From Eledone cirrhosa (Eukaryota), in contig OZ024741.1 in the NCBI GenBank assembly GCA_964016885.1, forward strand, positions 220,162,001 through 220,226,000: a stretch of DNA of 64,000 nt, read 5' to 3'. Below, piece after piece: positions 49,988 to 64,000 of the stretch (within the stretch, counting starts at the first letter, position 1; the number at the start of each line of letters is the position of its first letter). The notes beneath the pieces were generated by a model, which did not search any database, had not been told where the DNA came from, and was given only the letters and a program-made list of their open reading frames with translations. The position numbers and the translations under genes were made by a program.

Positions 49988-51044
49988 CAAGCTTCTCACA
50001 CACCGTGTTATGCTGAATCTCCCTGAGAATTACATAATGGGTAACGCCTGTCCGTGGAATGCTCAGTCACTTACACATTAATTTCATGAGCAAGGCTGTT
50101 CCGTTGATAGAACAATTGTTTTTTAGTCGGTTGAAAAGATCCAAGATCTCATTCGGTTAACGAGTTGCGTAGAACTGGTCAAATCAGACATTTTATAACA
50201 CTAAAAATCACATGTATTAAATTTAATCGAGTGAGAAAGGAGAACAGACATAAAAATACAATTCCCAGAGATAGAAAAATCTTTATGAGATCAATCGATA
50301 AGATCCCAGCCCCTATTTGTTTAACGACTGGGGTGGAACTTGTCAAATCAGACCAAGGAAACAATGTTTCCATTGGTATTTCCATTGCTGATACTATCTA
50401 TCAGCCACACCTCCTTGAAGATCAAGATATTTGAAGGAATTGATCGACAAAATACCAAATCTCATTCACATACTGAGTGTGGTGGAACTCGTCAAATCTA
50501 CCGGTCGCAATTCCTGATAGATAGCTACAATAATCATCTTTGAGACTGACGGGGGTCCATTCAGTAAAAGAGGATGTAGTGATGTTGATTATGAAGTCAT
50601 ACTACCAGAAAAATATTCATCGCTTTCGCCAGGTGGATTTTAAAGACAAGATTCACTTTCCTCTGCAATGATTTATGCTCCAATAATTTAGATTTGCTAA
50701 TATTATTGGAGTTATCGCCCGTCATTGTTAATAGATATAACACATCTCTGGGGGACGTGAAACTATAATTACACGGATACTCACTCTTAATCCATACTTT
50801 TATGCTCATTATATTTCTATATATTTCACATCCTATCGTAAGTTTATTTAATGTACAGAATAATCCACGTGTAAATTCTACAGTGGCTTGTTATCTATAG
50901 TCAGCGTTTCAATATCTCTTCTATTTGTGTGTGAATATATATATTATATATATATATTGTCAGGTTTGGGGAGGGTCATATTGTTATAATATTGCTAGAA
51001 ATAATAATAAAACACACTCACTGTTTGGTGTGGATTGGTTTTCG

Positions 51045-51157
<113 letters not shown>

Positions 51158-51225
51158 CGAAGGAAATGTGGTAAGGAACCATAACGCACCAAAGTACTCA
51201 ATACTTAGGGTAGTAGAGTGGGTAA

Positions 51226-51433
51226 TAGGAACGAGTAGGATCCCGACGGCTAAGCTCAAGCCGTTTTGACGGCTAATTCTGGACCACCACACCTCCACCA
51301 TCATCACAAACATCACACTATCACCACCACCTCCACCAGCACCATCATCACCCCGTCACCACCAACAACACCATTCTAGTCCAGAATTAGCCGTCGAAAC
51401 GGCTTGAGCTCAGCCGTCGGGGTCCTACTCGTT

Positions 51434-51437
<4 letters not shown>
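51226..51437. repeat. Inverted repeat (about 58-bp arms) around a (CAC)n spacer, with the 3' half of a hammerhead in the arm
   Basis: 51226-51284 vs 51379-51437. The right arm reads GAAAC GGCT TGAGCTC AGCC GTC. Confidence 0.75.
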
Positions 51438-51486
<49 letters not shown>

Positions 51487-52204
51487 CAAAATTAAAATAT
51501 ATACGTATATATATATATATATATAGAAAGGACCATATACCAAGAGAAGCACATAAATCAAACATATTTGATATGGTTTGATACTTCATACTTGTATACA
51601 TATATATACATGTATGCGATTGTGCGTGCCCGCGTGTGTATGTATATGTACCTATGTATGTACGTTTGTACGTATGTATGTGTGTATGCGTATGTATGTA
51701 TGTATATATATGTGTGTGTATGTATATATATATATTGATCACATCTAAATCCTGCCAACTGAGCTGTATATGTTTCACTGGGATCTAAACAGATCGATGG
51801 ATCTATCGATATACGTTCATTGATTTTACCTCTTGTTTCTGCTAACAATAGCTACACCACATATTTTGGCATCATCCTCATTTTAAAGAAAAATTCGATA
51901 CGCTGATATTGTTCGAATTAACTCCCTTTGTTTCTGTTCTTAGATTTAATAACTCATTAGATGGAGATTTTGTCTTCTAATTGTATAGATGATCTTATTT
52001 AATAGAAGGTTTTTAATTTAAAATATATAAGATGTTTGAGACTTTACAGCCTGCCTTGAATGACTATTTCGAGTTTTGCTTTAAATGAAAAATCAATGTT
52101 GTTTCTGATCGAGACGAAGCGAGATTGTTTTTGAATACATATAAAAAGGAAAAATCTTATCGCTACAACAGCTGTTAAAACAAATAAATGTTGTCAAAGA
52201 CAAC

Positions 52205-52815
52205 AATGGCCAAAGATGCCTTAGAGGACAGAGACCAGCGGCCAGTGGTCAACAGAGAGACAATTCACAAGGTGAATGACAGGCAGATAAAATATAAAAA
52301 AGATTGAAAGAAGAGGAAAATCGTGCGAAAGCATTTTGCTGGTTTGAGAGCTGATAAGTGTGAAGATGTGTGTGTATAAACTTATTTTTTACATCATCTT
52401 TCTTTATTTCCTTCTTCCAGTCACTTCTATGTGACAACGTGCTTCCACTTGTCTTCCTCCTTTCTCAGCCCCTAGCCATCTGTCATGGGAATTCCTATAC
52501 CGTCTGGCTAAAATGACCAAAAATGTCTTAGAGGAAAGAGACCAGCGGCCAGTGGTCAACAGAGAGACAATTCACAAGGTGGATGGCAGGCAGATGGAAT
52601 ATAAAAAGATTGAAAGAAGAGGAAAATCGTGCGAAACATTTTGCTGGCTTGAGAGCCGATGAGAGTGAAGATGTGTGTGTATAAACTTGTTTTGTTCATC
52701 ATCTTTCTTTATTTCCTTCTTCCAGTCACTTCTATGTGACAACGTGCTTCTCCTTGTCCTCCTCCTCTCTCAGCCCCTAGCCAGCTGTCACGTGACTTCC
52801 TATACCGTCTGGCTA
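52205..52815. repeat. Tandem duplication of a unit of about 307 bp
   Basis: TTAGAGGA.AGAGACCAGCGGCCAGTGG at 52221 and 52528. Both units end CCTATACCGTCTGGCTA. Confidence 0.9.
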
Positions 52816-54036
52816 TATAATCCTATATTATATAGAGACGTCAACAACTCATTCAAATCACATCCACTTAATTTGTCTTGTTAATCTACACATATGACAA
52901 ACGTTGATGAACAAAGTGGTGGTGGCGGGGTTGTTTGTGGTGATATTGGAAGTGACTGTGGTGGTGGTGGGGGTTGTTTGTGTGATATTGGGGGTGATGG
53001 TGGTGGTGGGGTGGGTGGGTGTTTGTTTGTGGTGATATTGGAGCTGACTGTGGTGGTGGTGGTGGTGGGCGTGATTGTGATATGGGTGATGATGGAGGTG
53101 GTGGTTGTGGGGTTGTTTGTGGTGTTATTGGGGCTGACTGTGGTGGTGGTGATGGTGATGGTGGTGGTGGTGATGGTGGTGGTGACGATAGTGGTAGTGG
53201 ATGGGTGCTGGTGGATGGGTGATGGTGGTGGTTGTAGTTGTGGTGACAGTTGTAGTGGTGGTTGGGTGGGGTGTAGGTAGAGGGGTTGTTTGTAGTGATA
53301 TTGGTAGTGGCTGTGGTGGTGGTGGTGGTGATAGTTGTGGTGATAGTTGTAATGGTGATCGTAGTGGTAGGGGTAATGATGGTGTTGGTGGTGGTAGTAG
53401 TTGTAGTAGTAGTTGTAGTGGTGGTAGTGGTGTGTGATGATGGTGGAGGTGGTGGTGATGGTAGTGGTGATGGTAGTGAAGCTGATGTTTTGGTGGTGAT
53501 GGTGATGGTGGTGGTGGTGGTTTTGATTATGATGGTGATAGTTGTGGTGGTGATGGTGGTGATGGTGGTGATGGTGGTGGGTGTGATGATGATCACATTG
53601 ATGATGTTATTGTGTTGATGATGATGTTTGTCATGGTGGTGGTGGTGCTGTTGGTGGTGATGGTGTGATGATGGTGCTGGTGGAGGTGGTGGTGGTGATA
53701 GTGTGATGGTGTGATGTTTGTGATGATGGTGGAGGTGTTGTTGGTGGCGATGGTGTGATGATGGTGCTGGTGGAGGTGGTGGTGATAGTGTGATGGTGTG
53801 ATGTTTGTGATGATGGTGGTGGTGTTGTTGGTGGTGATGGTGTGATGATGGTGCTGGTGGAGGTGGTGGTGATAATGTGATGGTGTGATGTTTGTGATGA
53901 TGGTGGAGGTGTTGTTGGTGGCGATGGTGTGATGATGGTGCTGGTGGAGGTGGTGGTGATAGTGTGATGGTGTGATGTTTGTGATAATGGTGGAGGTGGT
54001 GTAGGCAGTAGTGGTGTTAGTGGTTGTGATCATCAC

Positions 54037-55460
54037 CGCTATAATAATTGTTTCTATTTTTTGGCACAAGGCCTGCAATTACCCAGTACATTACTGGTAC
54101 TTTATTTTATCGACCCCGTAAGGATGAAAGGCAAAGTTAACCTCGGCGGGATTTGAAATCAGAATGGCAAAGGCCGTAACTCTATGCGTCAAAGCATGGC
54201 GTCCGACCCTCTACCGATACTCGCTATAATAATTGTTTCTACTTTAGAATAAAAGGCCAGCAATAACCCAGTGCATTACTGGTACTGATACTCGCTATAA
54301 TAATTGTTTCTACGTTAGGCACAAGGCAAGCAATTAGCCAGTGCATTACTGGTACTTTATTTTATCGACCCCGTAAGGATGAAAGGCAAAGTCAACCTCG
54401 GCGGGATTTGAACTCAGATCGTAAAGGGACGTAACTATGCTGGAAAGCATGGCGTCCGACCCTAGCTATAATAATGATATATAATCTTAGCAGTGAAGAT
54501 GGTGATTGAGTGACTGTGGTGACAATGATGATGATGAGGAGGTTGATTGTTAATATGATGAGGACAGTGACGATTGTATTGACAGTTATGCTGATGATGA
54601 TGGTGATGATGATGGTAATGGTGATGGTGATGGTGATGATGATGGTGATGGTGATGATGATAGTAATGGTGATGATGATGATGGTGATGGTAATGATGAT
54701 GGTGATGGTAATGGTGATGATGATGATGATGATGATAATGGTGATGGTAATGATGATGGTGATGATGATGGTAATGGTGATGATGATGATGATGATGGTG
54801 ATGTTGTTGTGGATTATTATAATATAAGTAAACATGTGGATGATGGTCGACAACTGAAGAACGAACTAGCTCTGACGATAGATAATAATAATAGTTGTTT
54901 CTACTTTTTGGCACAAGGCCAGCAATTACCCCAGTGTATTACTGGTACTTTATTTTATATCGACCCCCGTAAGGATGAAAGGCAAAGCTAACCTCGGCGG
55001 GATTCGAACTCAGAATGGCAAGGGACGTAACTCTATGCGTCAAAGCATAGCGTCCGACCCTCTACCAATACTGCCAATCCACCGCCATTGATAATGATAA
55101 TAATAATAATAATAATGATTTTTACTGGCACAAGGCCAGCAATTTTAGGGGAGGTGTAAGTCGATTAAGTCGACGCCAGTGCATTACTGGTACTTTATTT
55201 TATCGACCCTGCAAGAATGAAAAGCAATGCTAACCTCGGCGGGATTTGAACTCAGAACGCAAAGGGCCGTAACTCTCTGCTGCAAAGCAGCGTGTCCGGT
55301 GCTTTACATATGCTGCCATTAAGGATAATAATAATGTTTTCTACCATAGGCACAAGGCCAATAATTTTGCTGGGAGGGGTATGTCGATTAAATCAACCCC
55401 AGTACGTCACTGGTATCGAGCCAGTATGGATGAAATGTAAAGCTAACATTGGCACGATTC
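54037..55460 (-). mobile_element. Minus-strand SINE cluster (about six copies) interleaved with (ATG)n
   Basis: Copies at about 54048-54221, 54232-54290, 54302-54462, 54893-55087, 55120-55320 and 55335-55460. Confidence 0.85.
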
Positions 55461-55469
55461 GAATAATAA

Positions 55470-55725
55470 GAGCACCCCTTGATCACAATATTGTGGCAAA
55501 AGAATTTGACAAGCTCAGAAAATATAAAAACTTGAAATTGGAAAAAAATATGGCATATCAAGGTGGTTACAATACCAGTAATTGAATGGGGCACGAGATA
55601 TGATAAAAAAAGTGAACAGAATTATCTAACAATGATCCCTGGCTTATTATCACTGCAAGAAGTGCAAAAACATAGTTTTAACTGATACAGCATGTCTATT
55701 GAAAACAGCACTATTGATGTGAGAA
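55470..55725 (+). mobile_element. R4/Dong-like RLE-type LINE 3' fragment
   Basis: PLDHNIVAKEFDKLRKYKNLK....WHIKVVTIPVI...IPGLLSLQEVQK, matching the KE.EK..KY..L / IPV..GALG terminus of RLE-encoding R4-clade ORFs. Confidence 0.6.
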
Positions 55726-55960
55726 AGATAACCATATATGGATATTTCCTTTTTACTTAACTTTATTAAATTATATTCCATAATTAAGTTGTAAATAATT
55801 GAGCACTCTTATATGATTAAACACCATTCTGTTGTAAATAGGATTTTAAACAGGTAATATACACATGTATGTATAAAGTAAATGACATGTAATTGTGTAA
55901 AGTGTGTGATGTGAACAATCTGGTGTGTTTTTGTGGCTGATCAATGTTTGTAGTGAGTTT

Positions 55961-56774
55961 CTCTGCCTCAGGTGTTGGGAAGACACTAGGCATTCTCTGC
56001 CTCAGGTGTTGGGAAGACACCTGGCATTCTCTGCCTCAGGTGTTGGGAAGACACCTAGCATTCTCTGCCTCAGGTGTTTAGAAGACACCTGGCAGTCTCT
56101 GCCTCAGGTGTTGGGAAGACACTAGGCATTCTTTGCCTCAGGTGTTGGGAAGACACCTGGCATTCTCTGCCTCGGGTGTTGGGAAGACACCTGGCATTCT
56201 CTGCCTCAGGTGTTGGGAAGACACCTGGCATTCTCTGCCTCAGGTGTTGGGAAGACACCTGGCATTCTCTGCCTCATGTGTTGGGAAGACACTAGGCATT
56301 CTCTGCCTCAGGTGTTGGGAAGACACTAGGCATTCTCTGCCTCAGGTGTTGGGAAGACACCTGGCATTCTCTGCCTCAGGTGTTGGGAAGACACCTGGCA
56401 TTATCTGCCTCAGGTGTTGGGAAGACACTAGGCATTCTCTGCCTCAGGTGTTGGGAAGACACTAGGCATTCTCTGCCTCAGGTGTTGGGAAGACACTAGG
56501 CATTCTCTGCCTCAGGTGTTGGGAAGACACTAGGCATTCTCTGCCTCAGGTGTTGGGAAGACACCTGGCATTCTCTGCCTCAGGTGTTGGGAAGACACCT
56601 GGCATTCTCTGCCTCAGGTGTTGGGAAGACACCTGGCATTCTCTGCCTCAGGTGTTGGGAAGACACCTGGCATTCTCTGCCTCAGGTGTTGGGAAGACAC
56701 CTGGCATTCTCTGCCTCAGGTGTTGGGAAGACACCTGGCATTCTCTGCCTCAGGTGTTGGGAAGACACCTGGCA
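55961..56774. repeat. 34-bp tandem minisatellite, about 24 copies, each unit self-complementary
   Basis: Unit CTCTGCCTCAGGTGTTGGGAAGACACCTGGCATT. CAGGTGT/ACACCTG and TGCC/GGCA pair. Confidence 0.97.
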
Positions 56775-56819
56775 AGATGTGGAATCAAAAGTGAAGGACG
56801 AGGTTAAACACAATAATAA

Positions 56820-57960
56820 TTGTTTCTACTTTTGGCATAAGGCCAGCAATTATCTCAGTGTATTACTGGTACTTTTATTTTATCGACCCCGTAAGAATGA
56901 AAGGCAAAGGTAACTTCGGCGGGATTTGAACTCAGACCATGAAGGGTCGTAACTCTTTGCTCTACCGATACTGCCAATCCAATAATAATAATAATAATAA
57001 TAATAATAGACTTCTAATTTTAGTACAAGGCCAGCAATTTAGGGAAAGGAAAGTCTAATATATCTACGCAGTACTTGACTGCTACTTTATTTTAATGAGG
57101 TACTGAAATCGATACAATCAACTTATCGCTCCACCAATAACATTTTTAAAAAATGGCTTTATTTAGGCTTTGTTATAAACGTTTTTTTTTTTACACAAAA
57201 ACATCCGCGAAATGTACCGTCTTTATTGTTCCCTTAAAGTAAGCCCTGTATGGCTAATAAAGAAACCATTATTGTTATGGTTCATTGTAGGGCGGTGGAT
57301 TGACAGTATCGATAGAGCGTCGGATAATATGCTTTGCGACATACAGTTATATCCCTTTACGATCTGAGTTCAAATCCCACCAAAGTTAGCTTTGCCTTAC
57401 ATCCTTAACAGGTTGATAAAATAAAGTACCAGTAAAGAATTGGGGTCGATATAATCGACTTTCCTCACGCCCCCAAATCACTGGCCTTGTGTCTAAAGTA
57501 GAAATCAGTGTTATGGTTCATTGTTTATAAATCTCAAACACATAGATGTTAAACTATCTGGAATATTTCAGTTAGGGAGCAGTTAACAAGTTGACAAAGG
57601 TCCCTCACTACATCTTTTCCTGTGTCTTACATAGACAAGTGTTTCCTTAAAATCTTTGCTGACACCAAGAAGTTATTATTATTACGGCCCTTTACGGCCC
57701 TTTGTGATCTGAGTTCAAATCCCGCCAGGTTAACTTTACCTTTCAGTCGAGTTAATCGACTTTCCCTTCCCCTTAAAAAAATTGCTGGCCTTGTACCTAA
57801 AGTAGAAACAATTATTATTACACCTTTAAGTTCCACCGAGGTTAGCTTTGCTTTTTATCCTTACGGGGTCGATAAAATAAAGTACCAGTAACGCACTGGG
57901 GTCGATTTAATCAACTTACCCCTTCTCCCAAATTGTTGGCTTTGTACCTAAATCAGAAAC
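56820..57960. mobile_element. SINE cluster plus a Tx1-type 3' end remnant
   Basis: SINEs at about 56820-56981 (-), 57292-57506 (+, TSD TGTTATGGTTCATTGT), 57685-57815 and 57830-57960. AAGCCCTGTATGGCTAATAAAGAAACCATTATT at 57241-57273 resembles the LINE tail. Confidence 0.75.
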
Positions 57961-58016
57961 CGCTATTGTTGGTTTGTTGTTCTAGTAAAAAATGATGACG
58001 GTGTTGATACTGATGA

Positions 58017-58047
<31 letters not shown>

Positions 58048-58871
58048 GATGATGATGATGATGTCGATGATGATGATGACGATAACGATGGCAATGATAA
58101 TGATGATGATGACTATGATGAGAAAATGATGATGGTGACGATGATGATGAATATGACGATAACGATGATGTTGGCAATGATGACGATGATGGAGATGAAG
58201 ATGATGATGATGACGATAACAATGACGACGACCATGAAGACGATGACGACGATGATGATGACTATGACGATGACGATGATGATATTGATGATGATGATGA
58301 TGATGACGACGATGATGATGATGACGATAACAATAATGACGACGAGGATGACGATGATGATGACGATAACACTGATGACGACCATAATGACGATGATGAT
58401 GATGATGATGATGATGATGACGATAACAATAATGACGACGATGACGACGATAACGATGATGATGATGACCGAAGAAGAAAGGAAATCAGAAAAAAGAACC
58501 ATCAGGGAAAATGTGGGGATGGGAAAAATGTGAAAAAATCGATAACAGATAGTCATAAGGAAAGAATGATCGAAAAAATATAGAAATGTGACAAAGAAAG
58601 GAGAAGAAGAAAGAAAGAAAAGTGATAGAGAAGGGGAAGAAATGTGAAAGAAAGAAATATGATAAAAAAAAAGAAGAAATGTGCAGATTATAATTGGAAT
58701 TACAATGAAACAGATTAGAAAATCTTTAAAATTTCCAGATTAAATGACACATCCTTCAGCAAAATATTTCACTTTTTTTTGGTTCTTCACACACTTCCAT
58801 TATCCCTTCCACCTCCCTCTTCCTCATTTATATCTCATTCACTCATATATATCTCTCTCTCTCACTCTCTC

Positions 58872-58918
<47 letters not shown>

Positions 58919-59157
58919 ATATGTATATATATGTGTCTATCTATCTCTTTAACTATCTATCTATCTATCGCTTACTCACATTTCTTCTTTTGGTTCATTT
59001 CGCATCACACAAACATACACACTCACGCACACACATATACACATATACACATACAGGTGCGTTTAAACCTTATTATAGTAACGGGAGAAATCAACAATGG
59101 GTGTGTATGGGTGTATACACATACATACATACATACATACATACATACATACATACA

Positions 59158-59189
<32 letters not shown>

Positions 59190-59424
59190 ATAAGGTTTAA
59201 ACGCGCCTGTGTGTGTGGATGTGTGTGAGTGCGTGTGTATGTTTGTGTGATGTATATATTATAATAATAATAATGATTTCTTTATTTATTTTAATACAAG
59301 GAAGAATGGTTACTCTTTCATTACGTTTATTGGTTGGTGACGCCCGTATCGCTACTGATGAGCTCAAGGTTCGATATGTATCGATCTGGCCCGACTCTGG
59401 AATATATATATAAATATATACAAT

Positions 59425-59650
59425 GATATTAAATAAATGGAAAAAGGGTGGTGGATTGGCAGTATCGGTAGAGAGTCGGACACCATGCTTTCCAGCATAG
59501 TTACGTCCCTTTACGATCTGAGTTCAAATCCCGCCGAGGTTGACTTTGCCTTTCATCCTTACGGGGTCGATAAAATAAAGTACCAGTAATGCACTGGGTA
59601 ATTTGCTGGCCTTGTGCCTAAAGTAGAAACAGATATTAAATAAATGGAAA
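59425..59650 (+). mobile_element. SINE with a 19-bp target-site duplication
   Basis: GATATTAAATAAATGGAAA on both sides. Confidence 0.9.
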
Positions 59651-59906
59651 CTATATTTATAAAACCATATTTATTTTATTATATATATATACTTCAAGGG
59701 TACCAATACACATTGGTACGCTTTCATTTGTTTTATAAATAGTTTGTTTTATAAATAGAGACATACCCATGAAAAGCATACCTTATCGGTTGGATATTCA
59801 TTGGACTATCCAATTAATATCCAACCGATATCCAACCATGTGTCTTGGTACCCTTGAAATATATATAATAAAATAAATATGGTTTTATAAATATAGTTTC
59901 CATTTA
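59640..59906. repeat. Fold-back element (about 75-bp arms) with an internal hairpin
   Basis: 59640-59716 vs 59836-59906. Inner ATCGGTTGGATATT/AATATCCAACCGAT. Confidence 0.8.
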
Positions 59907-60002
59907 TCATTGAATATTTACTCCAGTAAACTGTTGAGTGCTCTAAATCAGTTACAAACATTTGTATTTGTCGGACTTCCAACAAATTAAATACCCCTTC
60001 TA

Positions 60003-60135
<133 letters not shown>

Positions 60136-60490
60136 TATAAAGTATATACCACAGAATCATTTGATAATATATATACACCATTTCCTCTCCAAATTAGCAT
60201 AATTAACCACATAAAAAATCAATTAGACCAGGCTATAAGATTAAACGGCACCTATGAAGAAATAGTAAATAAATAAACGACAGCAATCTCTTCGCGGCCG
60301 ACCGCACGTTGAAATCGAATAAATATATCGTCAACCATACACAATTAGGTATAAAATTAAAGTTAGAAGAAAAATTGCATACACACCTACCATGATCATG
60401 TCTCTACCCTCGGGTTCGTTCGCATTTTGAGATATCCTATTAAGGATAAAATCTCGAGCTTCAAACTCGTCAGGAAACAAACTCATCGGA

Positions 60491-60521
<31 letters not shown>

Positions 60522-60753
60522 ACCACATAATTTTTACTGAAAATATCGAATAATGTACACCATTTTTACCAGTATCACAAAAATACTGGTCCACCCACAC
60601 ACATTCACATGTATATATACACACACACATACACACGCGTACAATAACATACAAAGAGCCATATATATACACACACACACTTCTCCGTATAAGACAAGAT
60701 GTGAAAAATATCTTTTATCCTACTGACCCATCCCTCTACCACGAATTACTCTG

Positions 60754-60800
<47 letters not shown>

Positions 60801-61295
60801 TCTTAATAGGCATCTGAACTGTTGACCTGTCAGCAGGCTGCGGTTCGCACACACATCCCTGCTGACCATTATCACAACAACGAACCTCTTTACTACTACA
60901 CACACACACACACATATTTGCCTTCAAAGACTTATTTTTCAGTGACTTCTCAATCAGCCGAGACAAACCTACATTTGGCGCAAAATCAATTTTTAACATT
61001 CACATGACCTCTACCGACCAATCGAAATTGTTTTGACCACAAGAATTTTTTCATACGTCTGGAGCCACTTTTTTTTTACATAAAAACAGGTAGAATTTCC
61101 AAAACTAATCAGATTAGAGCAAACATCACGGGCGCTCTATCTCAAAATTATTTTTGAAAAGCATTAGAAATGCGCAACCGGTAAAAACTTAAAACCAAAA
61201 CTGAATATTAACCAATACTATTACTAATTTTTACTTATTCCTAATTAAACTATTTTTCACTGGGAACAATTTGTCAGCATTTTCTTTTCCTTTTA

Positions 61296-61385
<90 letters not shown>

Positions 61386-61388
<3 letters not shown>

Positions 61389-62632
61389 CGTGCGGACGGT
61401 ATTTGAAGAAGGACACATGTATTTTTAGTCATTGTTTTATTTGACTAATTTTTATTGAATTTCCATTTCAGAAAATAACAATGAAAATAACTATGCTTGA
61501 TAATGAAATGAAACGGCCTGATGTGATTGTGGCTTTGCAGGCTAAGCATGGGGATTTAGAAATTTCTCGTTATCTGAAAGTTGCAAGATCTTTTGTCCAG
61601 AAGACTCGGTGTGAGTTAGAGAAAGAAGATGGAAGTGTATTACCTGTATCAAAACGTAAATAACATTCCAAACGCTCTGATTATATCAGGACACCTGAAT
61701 TTATTCAGGAAGTTAAGCAAAACATTGATGACAATTCAGAATAATCCATGAGGTCAATTGCAAATTATTTTGGTGTGTCAGAAAAAACAATCAGAAATGT
61801 TGTGCAGATACAAATCTTACATGATGAGAAGGGATCAATTCATGTCAGAAAAAACAAAAGAAAAGCGTTTAATCAGATCCAAAAGACATTTAAACAAATG
61901 TAAAACTCTATCAGAAGATGGTGTGATTTGTTTTTTCTCAGAGGAGAAACACTTAGACCAGGACCAGAAAACTAACAGAAGAAATGACAGCTGGCTATAT
62001 GTACACCCTTCTGAGGTTCCAAGAGTAATGCACACACAATTTCCTGCAAGTATCATGGTTTTGGGTGTTGTTAGCAATGAAGGCCATGTGATGCCTCCTC
62101 ACTTTTTTCCACAAGGACTTAGGGTGAATGCTGCTGCATATACTGAGGTTCTGGATAAAGTTGTTAAGCCTTGGATCAACAGTGTATGCAACGGAAGGCC
62201 TTATGTTTTTCAACAAGATTCTGCACCAACATACACAGCTCAAATGACACAAGAATGGATGGCTGACAATTTGCATGATCACATACCCTCAACATTTTGC
62301 CTCCTAATTCTCCAGATCTCAATCCACTGTACTACTATGTATGGAGCACTGTTGAGAACAATATCAATGAACACCTCCATAGCACCAAAAATTCTTCGAA
62401 AGCCGCCATAATTCGAGTTATGTCCGATATTAACAAGGACCACTTAATCCGAGCTTGTAAACGATTTCGACCCCGTGTAGAGGCAGTTATTGATGCTTAT
62501 GGTGGCTTTATTGAATCATATTATTAAATTGATAATTTAGCTTGATGTTTATGTTATTTTTATAAGAATACAATTTTTTTCTGTTATTATATAAGCGTTT
62601 TTTTTTTAAACCATAAATCTGTCCGCACCCAG
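61386..62632 (+). mobile_element. Tc1/mariner DNA transposon, DD37D (maT)-type, decayed
   Basis: TA-flanked imperfect TIRs CAGCGTGCGGAC / GTCCGCACCCAG. Transposase fragments FFSEEK, SIMVLGVVS, FQQDSAP, PPNSPDLNPLYYYVW. About 37 residues between the second and third catalytic positions, with the first and third Asp mutated. Confidence 0.9.
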
Positions 62633-62652
62633 TATATATATATATATACAAA

Positions 62653-62960
62653 AGACCCTCTTCAATCACGAATGACCATGGGATTTAAACTTCGAAAGCT
62701 CTCCTACGAAGTACAAGTCTGGGCAAGGTTGTTTGTGGAAGACCAGCAGTTGTCCATGCATACCAGTCTCCCCTCTCCAAGCCACCGATGTTATCCAAGG
62801 GAAAGGTAATGGCTGATACAGATTGGCATCAGTGGCAGCACAACTCATTTCTACACCTGAGTAAATTGGAGCAATGTGAAATAATGTGTCTTGCTCAAGG
62901 ACAAAACGCAAAACCCAGTCCGAGAATCGAACTCACAACCTCTCACTTGTAAGTCCAATT
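62653..62960 (-). mobile_element. CORE-type tRNA-derived SINE
   Basis: Minus strand B box GAGTTCGATTCTC, followed by GTCCTTGAGCAAGACACATTATTTCACATTGCTCCAATTTACTCAG.TGTAGAAATGAGT (CORE-like). Confidence 0.75.
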
Positions 62961-63190
62961 CCATGAAAGATAGTTCTATTTATGTAATTTACCAAACTTA
63001 CACAAACACACATATATATATGTATATGTATGTATATGTATATACACATGCATAACCAAATGCTTGGGTGTATATATTTAATGTTCTGTGTAGCCCTCTA
63101 ACGCATATAAATATGTAAAGAGCATGTACACATAAATATATATGTATATATACATATGTATCTCTCTCTCTCTATATATATATATATATC

Positions 63191-63221
<31 letters not shown>

Positions 63222-63240
63222 ACGTGTGTGTGTGTACGTA

Positions 63241-63295
<55 letters not shown>

Positions 63296-63427
63296 TCTCA
63301 GACCTATAAATATGTAGAAACATGTACATCTAGTAATTGGTCATGTTTTTTTTCTTTCATGAATATTTACCAGTTAACACATTACAGAACTTTCGTGTTG
63401 TATCTTAATTTGTATTTCCATTTGATA

Positions 63428-64000
<573 letters not shown>

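Noticed and set aside
52205-52815. 307-bp tandem unit as a second retrozyme
   Set aside because: No hammerhead core found on either strand.
55961-56774. CRISPR-like palindromic 34-bp repeats
   Set aside because: No unique spacers, no cas genes, eukaryotic context.
59352-59402. CTGATGAG hammerhead start
   Set aside because: No GAAA or stem III follows before the TA tract.
60435-60492. Minus-strand CTGACGAG...GAGA hammerhead candidate
   Set aside because: GAAA is GAGA and the stems are weak, so it cannot be told from chance.

Overview
AT-rich, microsatellite-saturated animal genomic DNA. The SINE families and repeat landscape look like an octopod cephalopod (inference). No host protein-coding exon can be supported, and the window is essentially a transposon graveyard. 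Main contents: (1) a head-to-tail array at 8.5-19.8 kb, SINE / decayed Tx1-type LINE / 5'-truncated LINE / SINE / apparently intact Tx1-type LINE (ORF1 636 aa with CCHC knuckle, ORF2 1139 aa APE-RT-Zn finger) / SINE; (2) more than 20 copies of a tRNA-headed SINE whose 3' end shares a GGC(C)-CTTGT-(G)GCC stem-loop and ATT tail with that LINE; (3) about a dozen type I hammerhead-ribozyme-like motifs in short fold-back elements beside (TA)n tracts, in Penelope remnants and in a 311-bp tandem repeat (retrozyme-like), including a multicopy family with a non-canonical CAGA(A/U)GA core; (4) a frameshifted Helitron RepHel gene with non-autonomous Helitron pieces; (5) a decayed DD37D Tc1/mariner transposon and a mariner MITE; (6) fragments of RTE, CRE-like, R4/Dong-like and Penelope retroelements; (7) minisatellites of 52, 73, 34, 118 and 119 bp. 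All RNA folds were read by eye and none were computed. Boundaries are approximate to within a few bases.
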